From Camelus ferus (lineage: Eukaryota): a stretch of 64,000 nt of DNA. Below are positions 35,918 through 49,790 of the stretch, one piece after another; position 1 is the first letter of the stretch; every line of letters starts with the position of its first letter. The DNA lies in contig NC_045697.1 in the NCBI RefSeq assembly GCF_009834535.1, positions 43,526,001-43,590,000 of the forward strand, read 5' to 3'. Both the position numbers and the translations under genes were made by a program. The notes beneath the pieces were generated by a model. It saw nothing but the letters and a program-made list of their open reading frames with translations. It ran no database searches and was not told where the DNA came from.

Positions 35918-36210
35918 TGTTAATTCATTCACAAATCATTTGAAAGTTCTTCCATGGGTCAGAATGTCTTCTCAGGGCTTGAAACACAACAATGAAAACT
36001 AAAAAGATAAAATCCCTACGCTCGTGGAGCTCACAGCCTAGTGGGAAAGGCAGACAACACAAAATGACATTACTGTGTGGTTCCTTCTCTGAGCCGGGGA
36101 AAGGGAGGATGATAAAGAAGCACTGTCCCTTGGTCTGTGGGATCAGAGGACGCTTTCTGAAAGTAGTGATATCTTCGCTGAAACTGAGGGTAGAAGTCAG
36201 GGTGTTAACT
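35918..36210 (-). mobile_element. L2 3' end
   Basis: 'attcattcacaaatcatttgaaag...tccctacgctcgtggagctcacagcctagtgggaaaggcagaca'. Confidence 0.8.
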
Positions 36211-36615
36211 GCAAGGCAAGTATTTTTTACTTAGAGAGACTCCCATTTTTTAAAATAAACATGCCGAAACACTCATGGGAAGGAGCCAACGAAGAGAGAA
36301 AGGTTAAAAACTCAGAAGAGAAAGGGGAAAACCCGTACACCAGGCTCCCCAAAGCAGAAGTAAGGGTAAGATGCAGAGAACACAGAAAGATTCACTCCAG
36401 GAGAGAGAGGTGAGAGGTTTTAAAGGGTGAGGGGTGGGAGAGAGCTCCTGAGGGAACACAGGAGGAATTCCCAGCAGCAGAGAACGCAGTGGGGTCAGAG
36501 ACGGCGAATAGCTGAAATGAGACAGACTTTCCTTTTCTGTGCCCCCAAGAAGAACAAGCGGAGCTCGAGTGCTGTTTGCATCTGTAATGGGGTGTTCTTT
36601 AATAACACTTTCAGG

Positions 36616-37047
36616 AAGCCAGTCTGAAAAGGCTACATACTGTATGATTCCAATTATATGACATTCTGGAAAAAGCGAAACTCTGGAGACAGTAAAAAGA
36701 TCAGTGGTTGGCAGGGGTTGGAGGGAAGGAATGAACAGGTGGAGCACGGAGGATTTTTAAGCCATGAAACTATTCTGTATGACACTGTACTAATGGATAC
36801 ATTTGTCCAGATTCACGGAATGTACAACAGCAAGAATGAACCCTAACGTGAACTATGGACTCTGGGTGATAATGACGTGTCAATGTAGGTTCATCAATTG
36901 TAACAAAAAAGTACCACTCTGGTGGGGGATGTTGGTAATAGGGGAGATTGCACACGTGTGGGGGCAAGGGGCGTATATGGAAAAATCTCTGTACCTTCTT
37001 CTTAATTTTGCTGTGAACCTAAAACTCCTCTTAAAAAATTAAGTTAA
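36616..37047 (+). mobile_element. L1MC1-like 3' end with target-site duplication
   Basis: 'aagccagtctgaaaaggctacatactgtatgattccaattatatgacattctggaaaa...gaaccctaacgtgaactatggactctgggtgataatgacgtgtcaatgtaggttcatc'; TSD aataacactttcagg (36601-36615) / aaaaatactttcagg (37048-37062). Confidence 0.93.
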
Positions 37048-39749
37048 AAAAATACTTTCAGGGCCTCAGTCCCTATATATAAATAATGAGAAATTGGGGG
37101 GGGGGGCGACTCAATACATCCTGACACTTCTTTTAAAGAAAAAAACCTATTAAATCATCTGACCTAAATATCGCTAAACAGAACTCTAAAATGTGATACC
37201 TACAGGGCATCTCACTTCTTCGTTGAGATTCAGAGAGAGGCTTCCTCTGCCCAGGGCCCGGCAATCCATCAGAGCCTGAACACAAACTCTGTCTCCCGAC
37301 TTCCAGTCTGAGACGCTCCCTACTACACAATGCTTTTTTCTTTTCTCCATTAGATAATTCGAGGGATCATCTCACTTCCATTTTTCTGTCCTGCTGCACA
37401 GCACCAAGGCCACACTGTGAGAGATGCCTATTCAGTCAATCGGCCAGTTACCCCGCCCCAGGGAACACTGCACAGACTGTTGGTTTTGGTGTCATGCAGA
37501 CCCAGCCTAACTGTTGGCCACTAGTGGCTCCTACATAGTCCCTAGAAATTAAAACATAGATGTCACTTGTGTCCCCAAACCCTCTCTGTCAGCATCTGTC
37601 TAGATGGACGGTTACTCTCAGACCCACAGAGAGGGCTTCTTCCCAAGCCCGGAGAGGCGACACCTCATCATGGAGACGTCCATGCTCTTAGTCACTGAGG
37701 CCAGCTCTTGCCTCTCCTACTTACCCTTTACTTCAGACGACCCAGGACAGATCAACAGGAAGACAGAGCCAAGAGGAGCTGCTCTCCTTGCGCCCTAGAG
37801 ACAAGGCATCTTGAATGAAAGCTTCTAGTTTCTAAGCAAAGGTCAGTGCCAATCCCCCCCAACCAAAAAAAAAAAAAAAGTGAGGCACAAGATTCAGCTC
37901 CTTCACACATATGTCCATGTCCCCGCTACACCTGCTGCCCCACTTTGGACCCCCACCCGCCCTCCAGCACTTCCCTGCAGTACTCCCGTCTTCTAAATTA
38001 GAATTGTCAGGGTTTTGTGAGGATTGTCATTGATGCAGGCTCCTCTTGTGCGAGTCCCAGGACATACATTGGAACTGCCTCTTAAGACTCAAAGTAAGAC
38101 AAGAGGGGCCAGGCAATCAACATGCTGTCCCTAAATTATCAGCTAAATGCTAACGGGTTATACTAAAGATTTACATTTATACGTGAGAAGAAACACTGCT
38201 GTGCCCCAGCTAACGCTGCTTCACTGACGCCTCCATTCTTTCTCCAGCTTCAAATCAGTGTCCCTACTGAGGCCCAAATCTGGTCACTGAAATATCACCA
38301 CGGCTGTTAAAACTTGTTTTTCTCAAACCTGTCGAATGACGGTATCGTCCCCCAGTAAATTAGCTACTTACTATTCCCTGACCTGTTCTTCCTATCACAG
38401 TCTCATTTAATTATTCCAAGCAGACAAGTCTATTTTCCTCCTTTGGCAAGCAGAAGAGGAAGGTGGGATGGAAGTTATATTAAGAAAAAAAGTAAGTGCA
38501 CTGTGGTGCATACTTGAAAGCCTTTCTGCGATAAAAGGACGGAACTTAGCCCAGGAAAGTCACAGTGTCAAGCTTAAATGCTTTCTCTACCGGTGTGCTT
38601 CAGTGGGGGAAAAACACGTAACCTGGAAAGCTGGTCTGGCAATTATATTACTGACAGAGTTTTATGAGACAATATCAGAGGGGAAGTGCAATGAGGCTAT
38701 GTCAAACCACAGGCTGTACCAAAAAAAAATATATATATATATATATGGGCTCACAGAAACAGGGACAAATAAAGTTGGCAATGAAGAGGGCATTCATTTA
38801 ATTGCTTCACCTCTCCTTTTGACTGCATCTGTAAGTGAAGCAAAACGTGCCCTCCAATCTCCTGAAGGCACCAGGTGCCTAACGGGAGAACCAGGACCCT
38901 GGAGGCGACGTCAGGCAGGACGGGGAGCTGATCTCCCAGGGAGAAGCCAGGACTAGTCAGTAACGGGTGAGATAAAGTGTATAACCCCTCAAATGATGTA
39001 TTTCAGCCTTCCACGGGGTCTGAAATGGCAGGTGGCAAAGCTCTGACCCCAAAAGAAAACAATTTGCCCTGTTTGTGCCTGTGGGAGAATTCATGGAAGA
39101 ATGGTTACTTCTGCTTCATGCTTTGCAGGCACCATTAGAGATCACTGGGAATATTCGCGTGGGGAAAAGGACGCTGGGCAGCTCGGTGCATTGGAGCTTT
39201 GGGGACCTGAAGGCTGTGAATTCTAATTCTGGCTCTGCTGCTAATTTCCCGTGGGACCTTGAAAGGATGCACTTAATATCCTAGAGCTTCAATTTCCTTC
39301 CCAGGAGAGGTGGGCCTGAACCTTATCGATAGATGATTATGAAGCAAGCATTTCATTCACACCCCAGAGCAGCCTGTCACGTGGGATTATTCCCAAGAGT
39401 AGCTAATTAAAGTGTTTCTAGTACAATTGAGCTAGAAAAATCAAAATATTAACAGGACGATAGATACACATTTTACTAAAATCTAACCTTAAAAGACTGG
39501 CATTTCTTCTCAAAATAATAGCATCGAGTAAGAGAAAATGTCAAAACTCTTTGAAGAAACGTCCAGCACTATTCAAATACAAGGCTATGTCACTATTATT
39601 ACTAAGCAGAAAAAAATTAATATATTAAACCCCGAAGGGGCTTGCTACTCCCAACCTCCAACTAAGACCTTCATTGATTCTGTGTCTATTTGGCAAGTAC
39701 CTTTCTCGTCCCTGGCATTAACTGGGCACTGAGGATGCAGAAGTGAACC

Positions 39750-40035
39750 ACAGCCAGACACAAAGGGACAAGTATTGTATGAGTCCACTTACAGAAGGTA
39801 GCTAGACTAGGCAAATTCATAGCAACAGAAATAGAGGTTCCCAGGGGCTGAGGGGAGAGGGGTTGGGGAGTGACTGCTTAATGGTTATGGAGTCTGTGTC
39901 AGGAGACGAAACATTCTGGGAATGGAGCGTGGTGATGGTTACACGTGTTGTGAATGCACTCAGTGCCACTAAATTGTACACTTAACATGGTAAACTTCAC
40001 ATTATATGTATTTTACCACAATTTTTTTAAAAAGA
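39750..40035 (+). mobile_element. L1MB-type 3' end
   Basis: 'agccagacacaaagggacaagtattgtatgagtccacttac...ggcaaattcatagcaacagaa...gtggtgatggttacac...gtgccactaaattgtacactta...tattttaccacaat'. Confidence 0.9.
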
Positions 40036-41022
40036 GCTGGAACAAACAAAAAAAGGAGTCAACTGAATATGTTTTTCCCCCTCCTGACAAAGACAGGACT
40101 CTTACCTCCAGTCAGAAACTCTGCTGATGTGGGTTCCGTTGCCTCCTGCTCTCTGCCAAGTTTTCTCAAGGTTCTTTATCATCGTGCCTCCTGACGCTAA
40201 GAACCTACTCGATTCGGGGTTATGTCCAGAATATTGAGTATTACCAAACTTTCATTATCTTAGATGTTCACTGAAGCTCCCTTCTCACAGCTGAGTAAAT
40301 ATTCTTCCAACAGGAAGCCTGACAGATGAATTGTCTTGGCCCCGAAATGTATTTTCACGTCAGAACTCAGACAAGTGTGACAGTTTCTTCCTCTAAGCTC
40401 CACTTTTGAATAGTTTGATGTGACTCTACCACCTTCCTTCACCTTGAAGATATTCTTTTCCAAGACAATTTGCCGTTAATAGAGAACAGCTCCTCATAGG
40501 AGAGGGAGCAGCATTCTGGCTGAAAAAGAGAGGTGGTTTCACTGGGAGAATCAAGCAACACACTCGGGCCAGCTGAGTTCTGGTTCCGGTTCTGTTTCTA
40601 ATTGAGCTGTCAGACCAACGCTTACCCCTCCAGTTCTCCTCTATGGAAAAGTAGCAATTATAACACCTCCTAAAAACCTCACTGTAATTTAACGAATCAA
40701 CTCCTGAGGGAATACATTATGAAATTGACTTAAACTGAGCACAATTATTTTGGTACTTCAGGAATTAAATTGCTTTGGTTGGGATCCAAGACTAACCCAA
40801 TTTACACCACATTCTAATTAAAGTTATTAGTGTTATGGTCAAGGTGTTGAACTGAGGGTTCCTTTGGCATAGGACTGACAGATGTGATCGTCATGTCTCT
40901 TTAAGAATACAATTTAGACTTATTTTTATACATCAGCCCCGTAATTCAACTTAAATCTCATCTTCACTTGCTCACCAACTTCACTAATTTGCCATTCTTT
41001 AAATTCATGCCTCACCCTAGAC

Positions 41023-41244
41023 CAGAGAAGTCCAACCTCATCTCTAGTGACATTTTGAACTAGATAGTTCAGATAATCCTTTCTTGTGAGGAGCTGTCCT
41101 ATGCATTGTGGGATGTTCAGCAGCATCCCTGGTCTTTACCCACTAGACGCCAGTAGTGCCCCTTCCCAAAGGTTGTGACAACCAAAAATGTCTCCAGACA
41201 TTACCAAATTTGCCGTCACCCCATCCCTTAATTAAGAACCACAG
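41023..41244. mobile_element. MER20 (hAT-Charlie)
   Basis: 'gctgtcctatgcattgtgggatgttcagcagcatccctggtctttacccactagacgccagtag...gttgtgacaaccaaaaatgtctccagacatt'; flanked by the direct repeat cctagac (41016-41022 / 41245-41251). Confidence 0.93.
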
Positions 41245-43289
41245 CCTAGACCTTGTTTCTAGCCATGTAACTAACACTGAATAACTACTCTGACACCACC
41301 ACCATCCATTCCCTTCAAAACTCCTAAAGGGTCCCAGTTGGTCTCGCCTTCTGTCTTTCAGAGCACCTCCCCTGCTCTGAGGAGTAGGGTAATTCTCACC
41401 CAAGAGTCTCTTCTATTTGCATAACTAAGCATGAAACATTCTGAAAAGTATCTAAAGGAGACTCAATCCCTTAAAAGTCTCATCTTTCCTGAAAATAATA
41501 AGCCAGGCATACTTAAATAGATTTTAAGGTGGGGCTTATGGATGAGGTATAGATAAAGTCAAAATAGACTAGAAACCTTCACCACAACTCAAAATGAATC
41601 TTACCCAAATCCTTTTAGAAAACTGAAAAATAAAAAAAAATTTTTAAATTAAAATAAAATAAAAAACGTTTGATAACCTTTACAGAAACCATCACTCACT
41701 TCATACTTTCTTAACCCAATTTCAATGAGAATTAAAAAGAAGGGAAATACTGCTTGTGTGTCAAATGCTGTATCAGAACCCTCCTGAAGTTTTCTAATAA
41801 AGCTGGGTTCTTTTTATAAACCATTCCCAACTCTGTGGCAAATTTGTCTAATTTCAGTCTGGCTGGAAATATTTTCCACACACTTTCGCACTGACCCCAA
41901 CACCAGTTTTGTAAATCTCAGATGGTCCTTGAGACTACAATGTGATTTTAAAATATCGGAAAACTTGAGATTTCAGGAAACTGATGTAAACTGTTTAATG
42001 TTTACCCCTCACTTTCAAATCTCCCAGACTGTCTAATGAGCTTCTCAGGGTGTTTCTTCCAATCACCTGCCAAGGTCAACATGGCTACACTGGAGGGAGG
42101 GAAAGAGAAGAAAGATGTTTCTACAATTCTGAGTGCTTTCCACCTCTGCTACCTGACTAGGCCTGCAAATGGGAGAAATATCCACTTGAGGGGGGAAGTC
42201 AGATAAATCTCCTAGTTTTAAATATCATGACTACATGACCTGAGGAAGTATAATATTTTATTATGTAAAAAATAAATTCTATTAATTATGTTAATTCACT
42301 AAATAAGTATCCATTGTATCATCCAAGGAAAGATGTAAACAGACAAAAGTCCGGGAGCTAAAATTTCAATTCTTTGGTCTCAACCACCTATCACAAGGCA
42401 TTAGTGAACAGGAGCTGAAACCGTGTGCTTAAGCCCAGACATGTATTGTTAAATGTGACATGCTCAATTTATCATTAGTTATGAAGTGAAAACGGATGAA
42501 TACACATTCAATTTAGTTCAGCTGCTTTCTTCATTTATCACACTCTTTCATCATCCATCATCTTCCCCCACCCTTTTGATTTGAACAAATAACACACTTT
42601 CATAAGTTTAATCTAATTAATCATAATTGTAAGGTAATGTTCCCTTAATGAACCATACATCTGATTTTATAAAGTTTGTTGCAATTTTAATAAAATGTGT
42701 TCCAGATAGAATCTACAAATGTTCTCTTTGAAGCCCAACCACCTAATCATTCTTCTGCCTAACTCGTGTTTCTCAACTGCGTGGATGCTTCAGCACGCAC
42801 ACAAACACACACCAGCACACTCTCCTTTCTGGGGCTGATGAAGATATAACGATACTGAGAGTCATTGGAGCATGCTGGTCTTCTACAGAACAACTGTTTC
42901 AGTAAATTAGAAAGTGTTCATCCTTTTATGAGGAGAGATAGGAAGATAAGAAAATTAATGGCAGAGTGGAGGAAAAAGTAAGGAGGAATGGAAATGATTG
43001 TTCCTTTATTGTTGTTATTAACAAGAATTCAGACCTGGATGGTAACTACAAAGACCAGGACAGAAATACAAAAAGAAATTGTCATTTGTGGGTAGTAAAT
43101 TATGCTACAAATCCCAAAACCCTCTTTTCCTGGTATAACTCCTAAGAGAGTCTCATAGGAGAGATGACAGTCTGTAAAGTGCTGTAATCACATATCATTC
43201 CCCATATCTGAGTGGGAGGAACACGATGAGCTTCCATCTGAATTTGCACGAGCTTTGGTTTAGGTGACAAAGTGTCAAAGAACAGTTAA

Positions 43290-43470
43290 AGCCAGAAGAA
43301 ACTTTAAAGCCATTTTGCTCAAATCTCTTGATTTAAAAATGAGGTGACTGAAGCCATGAGAAGTGAAAGGACTTGCCCAAGGTCATGGAAGTCGGTGGCA
43401 GGGGGACCATGACTATAAGACAACCCACTGATTGGCATTCCAGCCTTATGTTCCACCTGATCTGCATTCC
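43290..43470 (-). mobile_element. MIR SINE
   Basis: 'aaatgaggtgactgaagccatgagaagtgaaaggacttgcccaaggtcatg'. Confidence 0.8.
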
Positions 43471-44299
43471 TTTCCATGTCACACGCCTGGTTCCGGTTAG
43501 ATACTAGTTGCTTTGTCTTTTGTCTGAAAAAATCTGGCACATTTTAGAAAGAAAAATAGAATTTCTTTAGAGACTAGACCATAAAATTTGCTGTAAAGTA
43601 GCAATCTCATAGCACTTTTTAAGCCAAGTGCCACAGTGATACTGTCAGAGAGGAGATACAACCCTCCCATTGTCCTCCGGCAGAACATGGGACACTGTTG
43701 CACGTGGGCATGTTGCCTCCAGCTACGCACTTTGATTTCCTGCTGGGGAAATGTTTTTCTTGACTGACTACAGTCCTTCTCATGGGTACGTGGTCTGCTC
43801 TCCCTCTGCATCCTCATTAGTGACGCTGGCACCGTCTGCCCGAGCTCTCTCCTTGTGTTCCTGACCTGCTGGCCCAGGATATTTCTTAAATGCCCTTTCT
43901 CCATGTAATGGCCAGACAATGGCCAAACTGAAGAATCAATTAACGTAAATATAAAGAATAAGGCCTATGAGCCATGCTCTCGCTTTATGGTTTAAGGGCT
44001 GCAACCATCCAGGAGTCCTAACACCTGCCTTGGCAAATGCTTCTCTGCCCTAACACTGATTACAAATTTCATTCATTATCTGCTTTGGAGCCGATCTCAT
44101 TAGAGGTCAATGCACAAGAAATGACCGCACGCTCACAAACAAAAACATGCAGACATGGTTAATTTCCTTTTAAATGGAAAAAACAAAAACAAAACAAAAC
44201 AAAAAACTCTGACACCAATGCTCTCCCACACGGCTAGTAACAGTGCACAATGGCAGTCAACAAGCAGAGTGAGGAGCCAACAGAGCCATGCTCATCAAA

Positions 44300-44900
44300 A
44301 CTGCGTATTTTTGCAGGCTCTTTGATAGAAAAATTCCAATTCCAGCAACTGTTTCTAAGTAAATAATCAATGTATCACAATTTGAAAGTTTGGAACATTG
44401 TTAAAACAAAATATTAGTGGCTATTTAAAATGTTATTGTCGAATAATGTTAAAAGGCCTGAAGAAAGAGTCACAAAATGTATTAGGTTTAAAAAGGCAGT
44501 TTAGAAAACAATATTACAGTATTATCTCACTTTTAAAATTTTCATGAATGTATTGCTTTTATAAATAGGTTGAGTAAACGTATACTAAAATGTTAGCATT
44601 AACTACCTTATTCATGTGTAAGTATTACAGAAATTATGATTTGCTAACTAACGGTGTAAGTTATAATCATCCATTTAATTTCTCTCTTCTATGAAATTCT
44701 CAAAGCAGGATTGGAGTATCTTACTTACTGTTACATTCCCAATGCTTTGCATGTACCTAGAGAGTCATAAGAGCTCAAAAGACATCTTTTGAGTGAATGA
44801 AAGTGATTTTTATCATCTCGTTTATGCTTGTTCATATTTTCTGTTTTCTCCACTGAGGATGTATTCTCTTACACTGAGAAAAGAAACAAGTGTATTTTTA
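44300..44900 (+). mobile_element. Degenerate L1ME 3' region with a nested L2 3' end (~44690-44800)
   Basis: L1ME-like 'aaaattccaattccagcaa...aaaggcagtttagaaaacaatattacagtattatctcactttt...tatactaaaatgttagca'; L2-like 'ataagagctcaaaagacatcttttgagtgaatgaa'. Confidence 0.6.
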
Positions 44901-45107
44901 TTGTTGTTATTTTTGTTTCCAGTGCCTACTGTTATTCCCTTCAAACATCTTAACTTTGAACACTTTCCTAAGAAACAGTCACATAGAATGTCCTAAGGAA
45001 ACTAATGAAAACTCTATTCATCCCAGAAGTCAATGGAAATTAGATAAGAAACATACAAATTAGATAAGATATCAGCACTGAAAAGCATGCTTTAAAGTGT
45101 CTTTCTT

Positions 45108-45440
45108 TCAATCAATAGTTAATTGAACAGCTACTATGTACCAAGCACTCGAAAGTTCCTTGGGATGGAGAGAGGTGAATACAGTGAAGAAGAGAGTGAA
45201 AAAGAATCTCTGCTTCCAAAGAAATTGCAAATTTTATTGGAAAAACAAAGGCTAAAAGCATGTAATTCCATATAAATCAGAATGAAATGTGATACAACAG
45301 AGCCATAAATTAAATGCCATGATAGAAGAGAAAGGAGGGCTTAAAAGCAGTTGGGTGGTAGGAGGTCAGAGGAGGCTTCAAAGAGAGGCTGACACCCTTA
45401 GAAGATCCATAGCTGATTTTTGATAGATGGAGAAGAGGGA
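45108..45440 (-). mobile_element. L2 3' end
   Basis: 'ttcaatcaatagttaattgaacagctactatgtaccaagcac...gaggtcagaggaggcttcaaagagagg'. Confidence 0.8.
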
Positions 45441-45689
45441 GGTCTTATCTACATTTAACCTTGAATTAGAATAAAACTAATTCCCAATAGCCTGGCATTT
45501 AATCACTGCAGAATCAAAAGGCCAAGCCAACTTACTAAACATTCAGGGACGGATTCTTTCCCTAACCCAGAGGGCATGCAGCAGCAACAACAAATTACCA
45601 GCTTTGCCCCAGAGTTGGATGCTCATCCAGCGCTCACCTGGCCAGCCTGCAGAGGAGCAGCAACAGGTTCTGGGCATTCAATTAATTTT

Positions 45690-45877
45690 TTTCCAAAGCA
45701 TTTATCTCATTTATCACCACCTGATTACCATATTGTTATTTACTCATTGTCTGTCTCTCCCTGGTAGAACAAAAGCTTCAAAAAGGCAGGAGTTTTTGCT
45801 CATCAATGTATCCTCAGCCCCTAGAACAGTACCTTGGCTATTAGAGGTATTCATTAAGTATTTGTTAAATCAGTGAA
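45690..45877 (+). mobile_element. L2 3' end
   Basis: 'ttgtctgtctctccctggtagaacaaaagcttc...tgtatcctcagcccctagaacagtaccttggc...tattcattaagtatttgttaaat'. Confidence 0.88.
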
Positions 45878-46209
45878 AACCCTGGGGTAGGGTGTGGAAC
45901 ATGCAAAGTGTGCTGCACCCTGGGGACACCATCAGCATCATCACTGTCACACCCAGTTGAAGAGTCAATTAAAACCCCGAATCCAAGATGTATGACCCCT
46001 GTGGGCTCATAGATTCAGATCGGTAGATTCAGGACACTTTTCAAGGATGGAGCAATTTCAGAGGCTCCTAAATTCATTACCCTAGAAAAGACCTTAGAGG
46101 GCTTGGTTCAAATCCCTCAGAAAACCCATCAAACTTATTCATTTCCTCATTCATTCCTTCATGTGTTCATTTAACAAAGCATTTATTGGTTCTTGACTTG
46201 TATGCAGTA

Positions 46210-46872
46210 TTGTTACAATAAAGAATCTGTCTTTGTCCCAGATTCCTGGGAGAGAGCTCGAAAACCTTCAGAATTTTTTGAGTGATAAAAGTGTCTTTCT
46301 TATTCATTATGGGTCCTTGGTCCATATCTGGGTTTGTGCTAAGGCAGTGACTCAGAATGGGGGCTGGTCATGCCAGGAAAACCAACCATGGGAGTAGAGG
46401 GCTGGGGCTTTGAGCTAGGTGATATCAGCCCAACCTCCACAGAGGAAAGGGAAATTGGAGACTGAGTTCAACCACATGGCCGATAATTCAATCAATGAGA
46501 CTCCAGTGAAAACTCTGGACACTGACATTTGTGTGAGCTTCCCGGCTGGTGAACATATTGATGTGCTAGAAGAGTGTCGTGTCCTGATTATGTGTCAGGG
46601 ATGTGGAAGCTGTGTTTGGAAACCTCCCAGACCTCACCCTATGTGTATCCTTTATAATCGAACTGTAACCATATGCGTAGCACCTTCCTGAGTTCTGTGA
46701 GTCATTCTAGTGAATTCTCAAACCTGAAGAGGTCATAAGAATCCCCAAACTTACAGCCAACTAGTCAGAAGCACAGGTGGTCTGGGGATCCCCAAACTTG
46801 TGGTTGCTTCTCTGAACTGAGTGCAGTCTTGTTAGGTACTGTGCCCTTAACCTCTAACCTCAGACTCAACTC
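46210..46872 (+). mobile_element. MER21 (B/C-like) ERVL LTR
   Basis: 'tctttgtcccagattcctgggagagagctc...ggggctggtcatgccaggaaaaccaaccatg...ggagactgagttcaaccacatggcc...ttcctgagttctgtgagtcattctagtgaattctcaaacctga'. Confidence 0.9.
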
Positions 46873-47384
46873 AAGACTTAAACAGCTTAAGGTATTATCT
46901 CTTTATTTCCAATGGAAACTCAGGATAGAAGTAGATCTTGGTGATAGGTTAGTTGCATTCCATAGTAGGAGGGCTTCCTCTGGCAGAAGCATGATTTCCC
47001 CTCCTGGCACCACGATGCCAATAAGAAGATAGGGGCACTGGGAGGCCACCCCAAGTTCAACCAAAGGCCAACAATCCAGGACTTGGCTGAGGGCTGCAGC
47101 TCCATCATTCCTGTGCATGTGTGAGTATGTGTATATTTATATCTCAGGAGATAGAATTATATGTAAAATCTCCTGCGAAAGAATTGGTTGTTGGAATACT
47201 AGGGGCAATTCCAGAAACTAGTTTTTTCAATTCCAGCTGAAGTGTTTTTCCCCATCAAGTTTTTCAAGTACTCTCTTCTAAGTAGAAAAGACAAAAACGC
47301 TCTCAGAGAATTATATGTGACAGAGATGTCCGTACAGCCCATCAGACCGAGAAATTCACCTTCTTGTCTTAAATAATGATACCG

Positions 47385-47600
47385 ATGGTGTTATACATAG
47401 ATTATGAGATAAGAAAACAATTCTAGCATTAATCTCCTTGATGAAACCTTAGGCAGTTTCTGTAACTTTAAGAGCCCCAGTTTTCTTGTCTGTAAAATGG
47501 GGACAACAATCTATACCCAACATGCCTTAAAAGATTGTTGTAAAGGAAGTAGAAGTTATTGAAAAGAAAACTCACTGTCCAGATGTGAGTTGTTATTATA
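47385..47600 (+). mobile_element. MIR SINE
   Basis: 'accttaggcagtttctgtaactttaagagccccagttttcttgtctgtaaaatggggacaacaat'. Confidence 0.75.
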
Positions 47601-48087
47601 ATACATCCCAAGGAACTATTGAACTTGAGTTTGTTATGAAAAATAGTTATTGCATATCTTATTCACTCATAAAGCCTTCCTATTCCCTGATCAAAATTTA
47701 TAACATGTATTAAAGGTCAACAGATAAGACTGGAATTACAATTTTTTTGAGACCTTAGCAAGAAGAAACTTGGAAGATTTAAGATAGAAACAATTGAGTG
47801 AGTCCTTGAGACTTGTCCCCTATGCTAGGATATTTTAATAAATTTTTAAGAAAAAGTAGAAATGGTATTAATAACAAGGATACACTATATAATCAACAAT
47901 TTAATATTAATCCTGTATACTTAAATAATGCATCACTGTCGAATTTCATGCTGATTAATCTATTTTCAGCCTTCCAAGAATGCTACGAAGTTTTTTAAAT
48001 ATGTTGCCGTAGATCCAGAGATGCTAATAACGTGCCCAAGGTCACAGAGCTAGCAGGTACCACCTCAAAATAGCTGATCATGGACAA

Positions 48088-48400
48088 AAACAGCTCATAT
48101 TTACTGAGTGCTTCCTACAAGGCACATACCACTTAATTTGTCTAATCTTCCCCCAAACCAAACTGGTTGTCTAACTAAGGAACGGGAAAAAGAGAGAGGT
48201 TGGAAACTTCCTCATCACACACTAATGAATGCTGAAACTAGATTCAAACCAGAAACTACATGCTTACCTACCACGAACCCCATCAGGAAAATGGGGGTGA
48301 TAATATCCATCTTGCAGAATTATTGTAAGAAAATTAAAAGATATATTATGCAGAAGTGCTGAATTCCACATCTGACACATGGCAGGTACAAAGAAATGTC
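48088..48400. mobile_element. Two adjacent MIR fragments in opposite orientation
   Basis: Antisense 'aacagctcatatttactgagtgctt...ctagattcaaacc', then sense 'catcaggaaaatgggggtgataatatcc...tctgacacatggcaggtac'. Confidence 0.65.
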
Positions 48401-49519
48401 CATTGAGTCTGTTCTTGTGGAGCCAGATCTGATTCCTGACCAGACTCTTTCCCTGGCACCATGCTCTATCTCATCTTAGGGGGCAGGTGGAGTTCTAAGG
48501 TTCCAAGGAATATTTACCAAGTTGGTAGGAAAATCACTGAATTAGAATGCAACAAAAACCTCTAATGAAATTTTAAGCCAAACTCAGCCAACTCTATGAT
48601 GCATAAGAGATATGTTGTCTCTGGCATATTCACAAACATACGAGTGGGAATTAAGCTCTTAGGGTAAAATGATGTTGCCTGGTCTTATTCCTGTCAATAC
48701 AGGATATCTGTCCAATTTGGGGTTAAGAGGTCATTGGCATCACTAGTTTTATACTCTTCCTTCTCAGTAAAATACTCCAAAGTAAAATAATGTAGACTTT
48801 CTATGGATCTCAGGATGAAAGAAACAAACAATTTTAAAAACTCTAAAGTATATTTGCAAGTGAATCACATACAACAATGTCTAGAATATAGAAGATATTC
48901 AGTATGAATTGAGATGAATGAATAAAAAAATGAATGATACAGACAAAATTACCATCCTTTATAACTCTACTGGTATTCCTCCTTATATGGAAAATGACTA
49001 GTTTTGGGTTTTTTTCTTAAGGATGGACTGACTTTTTTTTAAAACTTTTAAGTTCTTTTGATATTAGGATATTTAGCATCCAGATGAGCTCAAACACACA
49101 GTTGTCAGTGCAAAATTATTATAAACATATGAACAATTCTAATATGTAAGAAAAATGTATTATATTTATTTTTGATCCATACACTGATTTTCTCAGCAAG
49201 AGGTCATATTACAGAAATTATGAGAATTTTATATAATATTAATGTCTAAATATTTTAAGTATTCTTGAGTCTGAAGTTAAGTCTACAATTTTATTTGTTC
49301 CTAACCAATCTAGACATTGTTATTATATAAATCAATAATATCTTTTTCATGCCATCTGGAAATGAGACATCACCAATTCTAACAATGATTATTTCTGAAT
49401 GATGGAATTCATGGTTATCTACTGGTTTAATTTTTGTATTTTTCTGTTTTGCTGGAATTTTATGAGTGTTTTTATTTTAAACAATTCATTCTTTTTAATA
49501 TCTCCCAAATAAGACTATC

Positions 49520-49790
49520 ATTTATTCAATCATTCAAAAATCCATTCCTTAAATGCCTACCATATGCAAATGTAGGTACATAAGCAATGTATCTAAAAAA
49601 GGTGAACAAGACAAGACCCTCGATATTAACTTGCAGGATAGCAGAGAGGAGACAGACTTACAAGATAACAAGATCAATAATGTGTTACAGGTGCCCAAGA
49701 GAAAAATGTACAGGGCTGAGTGGGAGGAGGGTAAGAAGAGAGAGGGTCGCCTACATGAAGAGGAAGATAGGAGAAGCTTCATAGTTGTGA
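49520..49790 (-). mobile_element. L2 3' end
   Basis: 'tttattcaatcattcaaaaatccattccttaaatgcctaccatatgc...ggtgaacaagacaagaccct'. Confidence 0.8.

Noticed and set aside
36304..37042. 147-aa and neighbouring ORFs
   Set aside because: They overlap the L1MC1-like 3' UTR, a common source of spurious ORFs.
38468..38956. 162-aa ORF
   Set aside because: It reads through an A-run and (TA)n microsatellite (KKIYIYIY) and has no recognisable homology.
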